NCBI GenBank assembly: GCA_001643675.2
Contig: LSRY02000001.1
Coordinates: 1,984,001 to 2,048,000 of the forward strand
Length of the DNA stretch: 64,000 bases
Source: Monocercomonoides exilis PA203
Lineage: Eukaryota > Protista > Preaxostyla
Direction of reading: 5' to 3'
Shown here: positions 36,115-49,306 of the stretch, piece after piece
Layout of the letters: every line of letters begins with the position of its first letter
Numbering within the stretch: position 1 is the first letter of the stretch
Notes under the pieces: model-generated
The model's database searches: none
What the model saw: only the letters and a program-made list of their open reading frames with translations
Told to the model about the DNA's origin: nothing
Translations under genes and position numbers: made by a program

Positions 36115-39000
36115 TTGTTTCATCGTTGTCTGCCTGTCTGGAACATGCGAAATTCTTCTCTGCTCAATCAAACCATCAAAACAAAAGATCGCATACACAA
36201 CGCATTGAATGGAAACAGCGTTGACTTGACGAATGTCTCGACGATCAATATGGAGCTGATGTTCGGAAGCATTGAAGCTGTGTTGGCACTAACGGAAATG
36301 CAAGACGGGACACAAGAAATGAATGAAGGTGACAGTCCAATAGTGCACCTGAAATGCTGCACGCTCCATTCACTTCTCCAAAATGCTCCATCTGAGCCCT
36401 CTATCATCAGTTGCAGTGGTATCGAGCTTTCCAACGTGTCCGTGCAAAACACAACGATCAAGAATTGTGAAAGTAGCCAGAGCGAGAGCGGCGGAGGAAT
36501 GATTATGATATTGAGCGAAGGAGGGGTTTTTGAGTGCTGTTTTCCCACAATCTCTGGATGTTTTTGCTCGGCAACAGGAAGAGGAGGCGCGATATTCCTG
36601 GATTGTTCTTCGATCACAAGAGATAGCCTGCTTCCTTTCCTGTTGAAAAACACATCGTTCATGGAAAACAAAGCTTTTAGGGGAAGAGACGTGTACGTGA
36701 AATGCACGAATATCAAATCTCAAATCAGCATTGAGCTCTTCCAGCTGGACTTCAGACCTCCGTTTGTTCGGGATCTTGCCATGTGGGGATGCATTGCACA
36801 GAATTATTATGACGAGGAAGATCTGTTGCTGCTTGTGGTTGTGTATCAGAGCGAGACGATATTTGCGTCTTCAACAGCGGACAACGCGTCTGATTCGCGG
36901 CAGTGTGGTGGGATGAGCGGGCCTTGCATTTCGCTGAATGATGCGCTGCCCCACGTCATTCCTTCGGCTTGCAGCAATTTGCCAATCGATAAAAGTGCTG
37001 TGGTATCAGGTGAAGCAAGTACACATGATGTGACGATCAAATCGCTGGATGCGGAAGGTGTAAGGGGGAAAATTTTGCTGAATAGCAGCATCGGAAGCGA
37101 GAGGAGCAGCATCGTTTCGTGCTAGTCGAGAGTGAAAGTGGAGTTTCTGACGATTCTGTTTGGGGATGCTTTTTCTTCTTCTCATTCCAGCTTAATATCG
37201 CTTGCTGATGGCAACTTGTCGATTGCAGACACAATATTTGCTCAAGAAGCTTCTGGTGGAGGATCTGAAATTGAACTGAATTGCTCTATTATTGAAATAA
37301 GCTGTGGAAGATTGACGATTTTTGACTGCACTTTTGCTGGCCTCCATTTCAGTTCTTCATGCCTGGCAGCAAGTCGTGAGCAATATTTCTCGTGTGCATT
37401 TCTGAATTTCACAGATGTTATATCTGGAGTGCTTATGGATTTCCACGATCTGGCAAAGCTGTCCATGCAGCCGGTGCGTGCATCCAATTGCAGCGCTCAG
37501 CGATCAGGCCTCATTCTTCGCAACTGCAAAGACTGCCAGCTCCAGAACATTCAGATGAGAGGCACTCAGAATGGATCAAGCGTGATTGTGTTTTCCTCAG
37601 ACGGTTCTGGAGGGCATTCAAACATCCAGGGCAATCATTTGGAATTCGATGATACTCGCGTTTCAAGTGAATCGTTGGTTTCCGTTGAATGCCAAGATTC
37701 AGATGTTGAGATGAATTTCTTGGCTGTTTCTAACACCATGTTTGGTGATGAGTGCTCAGTGAGCGTGACGTCGAATGACTCAGCATCTCGGTCGAAACAC
37801 TCTTCATTACAAAACATAACCCGAGATTCGCTTGGCCCGTGCTGTTTGGCTGTCTCATCTTTGTCTTTGTTGCTGGAGTTGAAGAAATGCTCGAACAAAA
37901 TGTATGCTTCTTCGTATAAAAAATGTTGCATTGCGGCGTTGACAGATTTGACAGATACTTGCATGTTTTTGTGCGTATTCGACGGAGCAGCAAGCGCGTC
38001 AGAGCTGAGAACGAACGACAAGCGATCAGAAGAGCTATGCCAGTGGAGCGGATCGATGGTTGATCTTCTCAATTGCTCGGTAGCAATTAAAGACATCACA
38101 ATTACCAATTTGTCCAAGATATGACTGTCGATCTCTGGTGGAAGCATCTCCACGCTATTTATATTGTTTGCTAATAACAGCCCGAACGAAGCTGGCCATC
38201 TATCCGTAAGGAGTAGCATCGCGTGCTCTGGCCATGCACTACTGTTCATTCAAAGCCTGAAAGGCGGGGATGGCTTTCTTCATAACTTCGACGTGAATTG
38301 CGGACGATGATTACACCTTCGAAGGCTTGGCCTGAGAAAGAGAATCAGTGCTTTTCATTCCACAGCTGGCTTCAGTGAAGTCTCGTCTGCAAGGCAGTAC
38401 CCTTGACGTTGATCTAACTGGATCCTTGCTCCTGCCCTGTGGCTTGGCTCTCCATGTTGACTTATTCGATGGTTCGGTTCACAATCTCCAGTCGTATCCG
38501 CTGCAGTCAGAGGAGTTTGTAGGAGAAACAGAGTTTCACACAGCTATTCCAGCCTCAATTATTACAACTGCGTTTGAGGCAACAGAAGTGTCCGTGAAGA
38601 TCTTATTTGGAAGGACTGAATTTCAAGCCTCAACTGATTCATTCATTCTGAAAACAGAAGAAAGCATCAATCAAAAGGAGATGAAAGAATTGTTGAAGGA
38701 GGAAAGGTTGGAAAATCAATGATGACATTGGTTGTTAAAGTTTTATTCGTTGTGACATTATTAATTGTACTTGTGGTACATTCCGTAGCAACTATTTGAT
38801 GGAGGAGGGCAAAAGAAGAAGCGAAAAAATGCAAGGAGATTTTTAACGATATCATAAAGAAAAATCCAAAGGAAGTCGAGATGATAATGACATAGACATC
38901 ATTTGATGCTCATTGGAGGAGAGAGGAGAAGAATGCAGTGAAGAAGAATATTGAGAGGCTTTGTGAAATAAATCGATTAATGAAAATAGAATATATCTTC
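36115..39000 (+). pseudogene. 5'-truncated, disrupted paralog of the C-terminal half of the 22677-30104 protein
   Basis: Colinear motifs: CFCSATGRGG, RGRDVYVKC, LDFRPPFV, EEDLLL...YQSETIF...DSRQCG, ELCQWSGS, LLLPC, TM remnant. Stops at 37123 and 38122, with later frameshifts. Confidence 0.88.
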
Positions 39001-39380
39001 TTAACGGAGAAAGTCGCAAAGATGAAAGCTGCATCAACCTGTCGACTCGACTGAGCGCTTCAGAATTATATGCAATGTTGGATGTAGATCACTTCACGAA
39101 CATCAATAGAAACAAATTATTGTTTTTTATATTTTATTATACAGAGATCAAATGAAAAACCAAAAAGTTGGAATGGAATAGAATAATGATAACAAATTGA
39201 TATGTGCATTCATTTCTTCCTCTTTTTATCAAATAAAATTATCTTTAAACATATCTGAAATTTTATTTTACGAAAAAAGAAGAATCTCAGTTTTTAAGAT
39301 TTTTCAATTTTTTTGTTGATAACGTGAAAGATAAAACACAAAAATATTATAATAAGTGTTCACTATTTTTTTATGAATTA

Positions 39381-39516
39381 TTTATTTAAGTGTATCGCAC
39401 TTTATTCAAGTGTCACTTCAACCATTTAAAATAACATGACTTCATTTAAGAAAAACCCAGTTCATTCAAATAAGTTGAATCTATTCAAATATAAAAATTC
39501 TATTCACAATTCATCT
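39381..39516. repeat. Right terminal array: 7 x palindromic 12-mer, 19-20 bp period
   Basis: Units near 39382, 39402, 39422, 39442, 39462, 39481 and 39500, ending TTCATCT. Confidence 0.78.
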
Positions 39517-39947
39517 AATGTTCATTATTCACAAAAACCCAAGTCCACCAAGAGAGATGCTTTCCAGAAAATAATTCATTGTCCATTAGATATTGAATTT
39601 CAAAAATTATAACTCACAAGAATTCAGAACTTAGGATTTGGCAATTTTGTTGTGTATTACATATTTATTTATTTATTTATTTATTGCTTATTTATTCCTT
39701 TTTTATGTTTTTGTTGTAATATGCCTTAAGAAATTATATATTTGAAAAAGGTTTATTTTTTATATCATGAGAAAAAAATGAGTGTGAATCAACTAAAATT
39801 TTCAACAATCACAGACTTGTTAAAACAATCGAAATAATTATCATAGATCATCATTTCAGATTCCGTACTTTTCTTTTTGCCCGTATTCGTTTGCATTTGA
39901 ATAAAATTATATGCAATCCAAAATTTTCACAAACACAATTGAAATTT

Positions 39948-42599
39948 ATGATGGCTGAAATGTGATCAAATCTTTTTTTTTTTGCTGTTTTAGAGAATTT
40001 TTAAATTCAGAAAAATTTAGGTTTGCTTGCAATAGAATTTACTGCCATTTTTCATTTTAATAATTTTATTTTTAACAGGCTATTAAAGCAGAAAGTTGAT
40101 GGAATGGAGCGGTTTGAAAGTTTTTAGTTTTTGTTGAAGAAATAACGCAAACATTTCAAAGAATCGTTGAGAGAAAAAATCTTGTCTTTTTCTCCAGAAG
40201 AATTTGAAATGTTTAAGATGGATTTTGATAAATGTGCTCCAACAGGAGTTGATTTACCTTCAGTGTGAGTTTTGTTATTTTTTTTTTAAAAAATGAGCAT
40301 CTTTTTGGATTGTTTTTTGATATGGTTGCATTATAATTTGATGTGATTTTGTTTTAGTTCGTTTCACTTGTTCATCGGCACATTTTCCCGAACAAAAAAG
40401 AATTATCTCAAGAAGACATTTCTTATATCTCAGAGCTGTTCACTCAAATTGACGTTGGCTGCACTTCGGCTCTTTACTGGAGGGATGTTTCTGCATACCT
40501 TGTAAATAAAGGTCCAATGCATAGCCAACATGAATTTCAAACATTACCAAGAGTTTGAACTGTTTTTTTCTCTTTTAAGTCCAGATTTATCACATAAATA
40601 GTATTCACCAACACCTAAAATCCATTCCAGGAATTTTGATAAAGTTGCTGATGGAGCTATTTACCTTCCTGGATTGAAGCAGAATCTGACATATCATAGA
40701 GATGGAACAATCAAAATATGGAATGCATCAAATTGGTCGTATTATGATTCTTTCCAGGCGCATAACGCACCAATTTCCAAAATAGGTAACCTTTGAATTC
40801 AATTTTAGTTATTTATTTATTTATTTATTTTTAAACTTTATCTTTGATTTGCCATTTTATTTTTAAAAAATATAATTTTAAAATACCTAAAAATAAAAAT
40901 TACGCAAATTTTCTCATATTCATTTGTTCCAACAGGGTATGTGAAGGAATGCAACATGATAGTTTCGAGCTCTGTCGACCGCACCATCTCCTTTTGGACG
41001 TCGTCGGTGCACACACACCTGAAGACGCTACCCGTGGAGCACCCACAGATGTGCTTTGCCTATTTCCGGAGCGAAGCAGCCAAAGAAACAGCAAAAGAAA
41101 CATCCAAAGAAACCGCAGAAAGATTCCACCAGACAGGAGCAATTGGCTCGTCTGTTTCTCTCGTTGCAGCAGCAGATGGGGCAGAGAAGAGGCAGAGGGA
41201 GTATTCGAGTGGGCGGAAGAACATCCTCTTCTCGGGAGGGCAGTGCAATGATATCCACATGTGGGACTTGGATAAAGTGTGTTTGGGTGATTGGTTTGGT
41301 TGATTGGCTGATTGGTTGATTGGTTAGTTGTTTAGTAAAGTGAGTTAGTTGTTGAGTTAGTAAGTTAGTGAGTCAGTTTGTTAATGAGTTTATGAGTAAG
41401 TTTGCTAGTTTGACTGATTGGTTTGATTGGTTTGATTAGTTTGATTGGTTGTTTGTTTGTTTGGTTGGTTTATTGACAACTCATTTGAGGAGTGAGTGAA
41501 AGAATGGATGTTGAGTAAGTGAAAGAGTGAATAAGTGGAGTGTGCATATGTGTTTTTATGCATTCATGTTAATGAATATGCTTATAATTTCACTCGAATG
41601 ATCGTTTTTGAGCTCCTTTTCTCGTTTATTGTTGTTGTTATCGAGTAACTGTCATTTTGTCTATCTTAAAATTTCTGATTCTCTTTCTGATTCTCTTTCT
41701 CATTCTTTCTCTCTCTTTTCTTAAATTATTTATTTATTAATTTATTTCTCTCTCTCTTTTTTTTTCACCTCCTTCAGCTCACCAACATCGACACCCCTTT
41801 TCATTCTCGCCCAGACTCTTCAGCTTCACTTAGAAACATGAGCAATATGAATAGCACAACAAATTATTTTGCATCTTCCTCTCCCATCCTCGCTGACAAT
41901 TTCTTCGAAGGCGATTTTCGCTCTCAAAATGCTTCGCGTTGCTCAACTCGTCCTTCTTCTTCTTCCTCTTCTTATTCTCTTTCTTCTCTTACTTCTTCTT
42001 TGCCTGCAACAAGACTTTCAACCGCTCGGCAGCCTGTTTATTCCGATTCTCGCCCTTCGACTTCGGAGTCAGCTTCTTCTTCTTTTCATTCTTTTCACAA
42101 TTCTTCTTCGTTTCCTCCTTCTGCCTCTTCAACTGCCCCTCCTTCTGCTCGCAATTCCACTTCACCTGATGGCATTGTTGCTTCTTCTTCTTCTTCTTCT
42201 TCTTCTCCACAACAACAACAAAATAATTTAGCTTCAATTGCATCCACATATTCACTCATTGCACATGCTGCTGCTTCTCTTCAATCTTCTCAATCTTCTC
42301 CTTCTTCTCCTTCATCTCATTCTTCTCCTTCATCTCATTCTTTCCTTCCCCAAAAAAGCGAAAAAGAAGACAATTTCATTGTGCAGATGTTTCCTTCTTC
42401 GTATAAACAACAGACAAACCAAGCAAATCAATTAAGCCAATCATTTCAATCGTCCCAAGCACGTTCTTATTATAACCCTGGTTTATATGCGAATTATAAT
42501 TCATGTTTTAATTCGTCTTCTCCCAGTTCTGCTCAAACACATGCACATCTTCAGACAATGGCATCGTCATCATCATCATCTTCTTCTTCTTCATCTTTC

Positions 42600-42633
<34 letters not shown>

Positions 42634-45600
42634 TTTCTTCCTCTTCTCCTTCTCTCTTCAAACAACAACAACAACAACAACAAAATCATCTTCATCCTCA
42701 TCACCCAACTGCACATGATGACTGGGTGATGGCCTTAACCACCATGCCTGAGACAAACACACTCGTTTCTGCCTCTCTCGACCGCACTGTGAAGCTCTGG
42801 GACTGCCAAACATGCTCCCTCAAAAACAGCCTGCTTGCCCACAAAAAGGGAATTTATTCACTGGCTTATTCATCTAACATGCATTTGCTGTTCACTGCCG
42901 GGTTTGAGAGGGAGGTGTTTATATGGAATCCCCTGATGAAGCAGCCGATCGAGATGCTGAAGGGCCACACGTTCTCCCTTTTGGATGTGATTGCGCTGGA
43001 TTCTTTGCCCGTGCTGATATCAGCAGACTGTGCGGGCTATGTGAAGATTTGGGACTTGAGGCTGTTTGCGTGTGTGCAGACGCTGTCTTCGTCGGCGATG
43101 GTGGCAAACAGAGAGACAGCGGATGAGCTGATTGGGAATATGAAGTGTGTTAAGAAGGGTGACGTTAATGACGTTAATGACGTGATTGTCAGTGTTATTA
43201 TTGATATTATTGTTGTTGAATGAAGAATTAAAAAGAATCTATATTTTTATTAAGAAGAGAGGGAGAGGTTAAAATGATTGTCGTTTTTTTTCCCCCTTTA
43301 CTTTACTTTTATTTTATTTTTTCCTCATCATTTTCATTTTTTCCTATTTATAAATAAACTTTTTCTTTTTCATTTTCCTTCCTCCTTCTTTATTCCTTCT
43401 TTATTCCTTCTTTATTCCTTCTTTATTCCTTCTTTATTCGTTCTTTATTCCTTTTCCTCTTCTCATATCCTTCAGACCGCAAGCCGACCCCACAGTTGTT
43501 GGCGGCTTCCGCCCTTCCAATCTCTTCTCTGCCGTCACATTCGACAAGGACACCCTCCAAATCTCAACCACATCTGACAAAATTGTCACATTTTCTCCAG
43601 AACAGAAGGCAGAAGACGGAAGAGTGAGCAATAAGCCAATCACAGAAGTGCTGTTCAACGAGCATTTCCAGACGTTTCTGGTCACAGCAGGAAAGGAGTT
43701 CTCTGTGTGGAATGCGCACACAGGCAAATGTGAAAGGTTTTACACGAATTTCAATGAAGCTGATGTGACATGCATGACAACAACAGACACAGGGATGCTG
43801 GTGATCTTTGGCACATTCGATGGGAAAGTGAAGATGGCTGACTATGCAACTGCACGAATCCTGTCTTCTTCTTCTGTTTCCTCTGCAAATGTCGAAGTGG
43901 AAGCTGTTTCGTTCATCCCGAGAACTAAAATCATTGTAACACTTTCTTCTTCCCCGGCGAATGCGATTGTTGTTTTTGACGCCACAAGGAAAGATCACTT
44001 GAATCGCCTTCGTGTTTTGGCTCCTCCGCCTCATTTGATAACACATTTGGCTTTTTCTCTGGCTGCTTCGAAGCTGTTTGCGGTGGCAGAAGGGAATGTG
44101 ATTTCGATGTGGAATGGAGATTCTCTACATTCAGCGAAGACGATTGTGTTGGACGATGGAGAAGGAGAAGGAAGAAAAGAAGGAAGAGAAGGAAAAGATG
44201 GAGAAGAAAGAGGAAGAGGAAGAGGAGAAAAAGAAAGAGGAAAAGAAGAAAGAGGAAAAGAAAGAGGAGAAAAAGGAGGAGGAGTAATAATAAGTGTGGA
44301 TGAGATGACAGGAACCTCCTTTGCATGTGCTTTAACAGCAAATGGAGAAGTTTATGTGATAAATTTGCGATCAGCAGCAGTTGTGAAGAAGTTTGATGTG
44401 AAAGTGTCAAGTTTAATGCCACGAAATTCGATTGATGTGAAGGGTAATCAAAGAAATCAGAATATTCATCAGAAAGGTGATGAAAAACAAGATTTGAAGT
44501 CTTCTTCTTCTTCTTCTTCTTCTTCTTCTTCTTCTTCTTCTTCTTCTTCTTCTTCTGCTTCTGCTTCTGCTTCTTCTTCAACGTCTTCTTTCTCTTCTTC
44601 TTCTTCTTCCTCTTCCTCTTCCTTTTCCTCCTCTGATGTTTATTCCAATTATCATTCACTCAAACCTCAACCTCCTCAAAAGATGATTCGTGTGCAATGT
44701 GCTTATACACCTCCTTCTTGCTCTTCTCAACCTCCTTCTTTTCTTTCTTTTCCTTCTTCTTCTTCTTTTTCTTCTTCTTCTTCTTCTTTTCCTTTTTCTC
44801 TTCCTCTTCCTTCTTCTTTTGCTTCCTTTTCTTCTTCTTTTCCTTCTTCTTCTTCTTCTTCAAATTCTTCTTCTCCTTTTCCTTCCACTCCACAAAATGA
44901 ACAAAATTTCAATCAAATTTCGAATAAAAAATCGAAAAAATTTGAAGAAAAAACGAAGTTTAGACAGCAAAAAATGAAACAATCTTCGTTTTATGGGAGT
45001 GTTAAAGAGATGGAGGTGAATAAGGAGAAGGAGAAGGAGAAGAAGAAGGAAAAGAAGGAAGAGGAAGAGGAAGAGAAGGAAAAGGAGGAGAAACATAAAG
45101 AAGAGGAAGAAGGAAAAAAGATAAATTCTTCTTCTTCTTCTTCTTCTTCCACCGCATCACCTTCCACCCCATCACATTCATCAGTCACTCCATCTGCTCC
45201 ATCTGCTTCTCCTTCTGCTTCTACTACTCCTCCTCCTCTTTCCATTCGAACAGACCTCCTTCCCTCTTCCTCCTCCTCCTCCTCCTCCTCCTCCTCTTCC
45301 TCTTCCTCCTTTTCCACCTCAACAATATCAACAACCACAGCAATATCAACCACTCGCTCTCTTTCTCAGCCTCTTCACAGCCATTTCACCCACATCATCG
45401 TTTGCTCTTCAGACAAAAATGAAATTTTTGTGTTTGACGCGACTCAATTCATTCTTCACACAGAAAGAACAAGAAAAGAACAAAATGCTTCGGCTTTGTC
45501 ACTTTCTTCGCCTTTTCCTCTTTCTTCACCTTCTTCTTCTCCTTCTTCTTCTCCTTTTCCTTCTTCTTTTCCTTCTTCTTCTTCTTCTTCTCGTCCTTCT

Positions 45601-48554
45601 CGTAATGTTATGTTTAATTCCCCTTCTGCCAGCTCTCTTTCAGGAAACAGAAAACAATTTGACCAAATTCAAGCAAAAGAACAGAAATTAAGTGAAAAAG
45701 AAGGAAAAGAGGGGAAAGAAGTGAAAGAAGCTAAACAAATGAAAATTTCAAATGAAACAGGGGAAAATGTGAATTTATCAATTGAAGCTAAAAGCAATGA
45801 AACACAAACAAACAATGGAAGTGGAAGTAATAGCAAAGCTTCAAAATTACCGAATTTTCCTTCTTTTCCTTCTTCTTCTTCTTCTTCAGCCTCTTCTTCT
45901 TTTTCCTTTTCCTTTTGCCCTTCTCATCTCCAGCAGACCCAACGTTCAGTTTTTTCCAAAAATTCCGCATCTGATTCAATCACCACCCGTACTTCGCAGT
46001 CGGCCGCGCCGGAAATTGTGGAAATATCCCGCTTTTCGCCCGTTTCTGGCGAACCGGGGAATATTTCCTTTAGAATTTTATCTGTTCCACAATGTATTGT
46101 TGTGTGGACTCAGAGCCAGGAAGTGAGTGTTTGGTCGATTTTTGGGGAGAAATTGGGACAATTGTCAGCGCCGGAATGGAAATTGGACCCAAAAACGGAA
46201 TATTTCCAGGCGCAGATGGTGGCGAAGGCGGAAAAGGTGTGGTGAGTGAGGAGAAAGAGAGAAGAGAGGGAAGAGAAAGAGACAGAGAAGGGATGGTGTT
46301 TGAAATGATATTTTTAATATTACTGAAAACAAATATTCGTTTTTTTCTAAAAGAATATTTTAATTATTGCATATATTTTGACTTTTTCAATTATGAAAAT
46401 ATTTTCTCTTGTTTTATTCTTTTTTCCAATTCTTTTTTCCATTTTCTTTTCTTCAATTGTTAATTTATTTTTATTTATTTATTTTTATTTGATGCCACTT
46501 TATTCATCTTTCAGACCATCCAAATCCTCGATGCCAAAAAAGCAGCTGAAAAGCGCCAGAAAGTGAAAGCACCCACAAAAGAAGAAGCAGAATTCATTTT
46601 ATTTTCTCACTCGTCCACTCCTCAAAGCTCAGCGGGTGCTTCTCGTGCTGCCTCTGCTATGAGCAGATCATTCAGAAACAGCTTCAACTTTGAAGGAAGA
46701 AGCAGAAGTCAGAATAGAAGCAGAAGTGGAAGCAGAATGTGGGAAAGGTTTAGCAATATGAGTGAAATTAGCTCTGTAAATGAGAAAAATGGGATAAATA
46801 ATAATAATAACACAAATGGAGTAAATCCATTAAATGGCGTTTCTGCCACCAACACTGCCAATTCAACGCTTCGTGCTTCTCTTTCTCCATTCGCTGTGCA
46901 TCGCCCTGTTTCCCTTCTGCACTCAGCAAATGACTCAAATGAAGGAAGTTTAGTAACAACACATGCTATTGGAATGCAATCATCATCATCATCATCTTCT
47001 TCTTCTTCTTCTTCTTCTTATCCTTATCCTTCCCCTTCCCCTTCTCCTTCCTCTTCCTCTTCAATTGATCCCGAAGCGCTTGCTCTTCAACGCCGCCGTC
47101 GCCTCCCTGCTTCTCTTTTGGCATTGCTTTCATCAAACATTTCTTCGTCTTCTTCTTCCTCCTCTTCTTCAGCTGGAGGTGATGATGAAGATGATGATGG
47201 CTCAACTTTCATCACACAGACAGAGAAAGAGAGAATAAAAAGAGAGAAAGAAATCGAAAAGATTCGGCAAAGCGCAGAATTTCAGTTTGAGAAGCAGTTT
47301 TTGACGCCGAGAAGGAGAATACAGAAGCTGCAGGAGAAGATGAAGGAGAGGGAGAAGAAAGAGAAAGAGGAGAGAAGAAAACAGATTGCCAAGTTAAAAA
47401 GCAAAGCGAATGAGAAAGAGAAGATAGAAGCAAATGATCGAGAGACGGAGATGGAGATAAAAGCGAGGAAGCAGAGGGCGTTGGCATATTCGATGGAGCA
47501 GGTGGAGATGGAGATGCTGATCAAGGAGGCAGCACCAGACACATCTTTGCTGAGCTTCATGGAGCAGGCAGAAAGAAGGCAGATGCAGTCGCAAATGCAG
47601 AAGAGAAGATATTCAATGAGTGCGAATTCGCAAAGGGGGAGAAAAGGGAAGGAGAAAGAGAATGATACGGAGAATGCGGAGAATGAAGAAGAAGAAGAGG
47701 AAAAGAGGAAGAGGATGAAGAAGAAGAAAAAGGGAGAAATCAGCAGTGCGGAAGTGAGGCTGCAGATGGAGCGGAAGCGGAAGGCGGCGGGGAAAGCAGA
47801 CGAATTGATGGAGAGGAGGCTGCAAAGAATGCATGCAGAGCCATTGAAAGAGATGATGAGGCCAAGAGAAAGAGAAGTTAGCCCACTTTCATTGGAATTT
47901 CTGGTGAATCTACCGAAGGGGAGCTCACAGCTTCTGGATTCGGACTGGGCGAAGATGCAGGCGATAGAGGAGAAGCAGAGGAAAAAGAAAGAGAAGGAGA
48001 AGGAGAAAGAAAGAGAGAAAGAAAGAGAAAGAGAAAGAGAAATAGGAGAAAAGGAGCTTTTGATTAGTTCTGACGCAGCTGCTTCATCATCATCGTCGTC
48101 GTCATCTTCTTCTTCATCTTTTTCCTCTTTTCCTTCCTTTTCTTCTTCTTCTTCTTCCAACCTCGTTCTTCCTTCTCTTTATGACACCACAACAACACCC
48201 AGCAGCCGGATAATGTCTTCATACGGCTCTCGCTGCCCAAACTCTTTCCTTCTTCGCTCTTCTCTCCACAAACAAGGCGATTTGGTGCAGAAAAGAGCTC
48301 AAAGCCCAAAAATGAATGCTTCTTCTTTTATTTCTTCTTTTCCCGCTTCTTCTTCTTCTTCTTCTGTTTCTGCTTCTTCTCATTCAGTTTCTGGTTCTTC
48401 TTCTTCTTCTTCTTCTTCCTATTCTTCAACAAATTCTTCTTTCCTTCCATCGCTGAATAAAGAATCGAAGGTTGGAATTTCGAAGGAGGAGGAAGCAAAA
48501 GAGCCAGTTGTGAAAAGAGGTATTAGCATTGCACTTGATGGAACCACTTCATAA
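39948..48554 (+). CDS. Multi-exon EF-hand-like + WD40 protein (WDR49/WDR64/EFCAB8-like architecture) with very large poly-Ser and charged insertions
   Basis: N-terminal ELFTQIDVGCTSALYWRDVSAYL and WD40 repeats (SSSVDRTISFW, AHDDWV...SASLDRTVKLWD, TAGFEREVFIWN, GHTF...SADCAGYVKIWD). Large exons about 41778-43159, 43476-46237 and 46515-48554. The 5' start is uncertain. Confidence 0.75.
41285..41470 (+). repeat. Intronic degenerate TGATTGGT(T)/TTAGT microsatellite
   Basis: Repeated GATTGGTT, GTTAGT and GTTT units; almost devoid of C. Confidence 0.7.
43386..43451 (+). repeat. Intronic 11-bp minisatellite (TTCTTTATTCC)x6
   Basis: Six direct copies, one with a C>G change, just upstream of the 3' splice site. 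Confidence 0.9.
44500..44556 (+). repeat. (TCT)19 coding microsatellite (poly-Ser)
   Basis: Pure TCT run in frame within the WD40 gene. Confidence 0.9.
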
Positions 48555-49306
48555 TTCTTGTTGTGTTTGAGAAAAAAGAAGTAAAGAAAAAAAAGAAAGG
48601 AAAGAAAAAAGAAAGAAAGAAACGAAAGTTTTATTTTTGATTCGAAAAATGCTTATTTATTATTTTGTTTACATATTTATAAAAATATTTTATCATCTTT
48701 TTTTAGAAAATGCTTTGTAATTTCTGTTTCAACGTATTTTTGACAACTGTATTGTGTGGATATTGTTTAAATAATCTATCTATCTATTTATTTAAAGTTT
48801 GATTGATGCGATTTTTAAGGATATTTTATGATTTCATTATGATAAGCATCTTTTTCAATGAAAACAATTTTGTTTTTTTGTTCTTTTATTTTCTTTGAAT
48901 TCAAACATTTCTTCAGGTTTTTTTATGTTTCATCATTCATTTCACAAATATGTGATTATCTTATTGTGTGCGATATTTTATCCATTGCCTTTTTTTCAAC
49001 AAAGAGAAGCAGCTTATTCAAATAGTTGTATTTTGTTGGAAGGAAATAAATCCAAACAAAAAGAATAGAAAAGTTAAAAAAAAAGTTTATTAAACATTAT
49101 TAACATTGCAGTCAAACATTACTTTGATTTTTGAAATGAGCAAAACCTCATAACTCAAAAGATACACAAAAACAACCCAAAATATGAAGAAAAGAAAAAA
49201 TGAAAAGAAAAAGAAAGAAAGAAAGATATTCAAAAACTGTAATCATTATGTATATTATTATAATAAAATCGTCTAATTAACAGAATAATACTGAATGCTT
49301 CACACA

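Larger units (their letters stand above)
35392..39516. mobile_element. TIR element A (4125 bp) with palindrome-array ends carrying a surface-protein gene fragment
   Basis: AAT|AGATGAATTTTGAATAGA ... TCTATTCACAATTCATCT|AAT, with 7 spaced palindromic 12-mers at each end and no transposase seen. Confidence 0.72.

Noticed and set aside
41285-41470. Interstitial telomeric repeat
   Set aside because: No regular TTAGGG-type unit; it is a degenerate intronic microsatellite.
43931-48309. Many antisense or alternate-frame ORFs rich in K, E, F or L
   Set aside because: Shadows of TCT/GAA low-complexity coding sequence.
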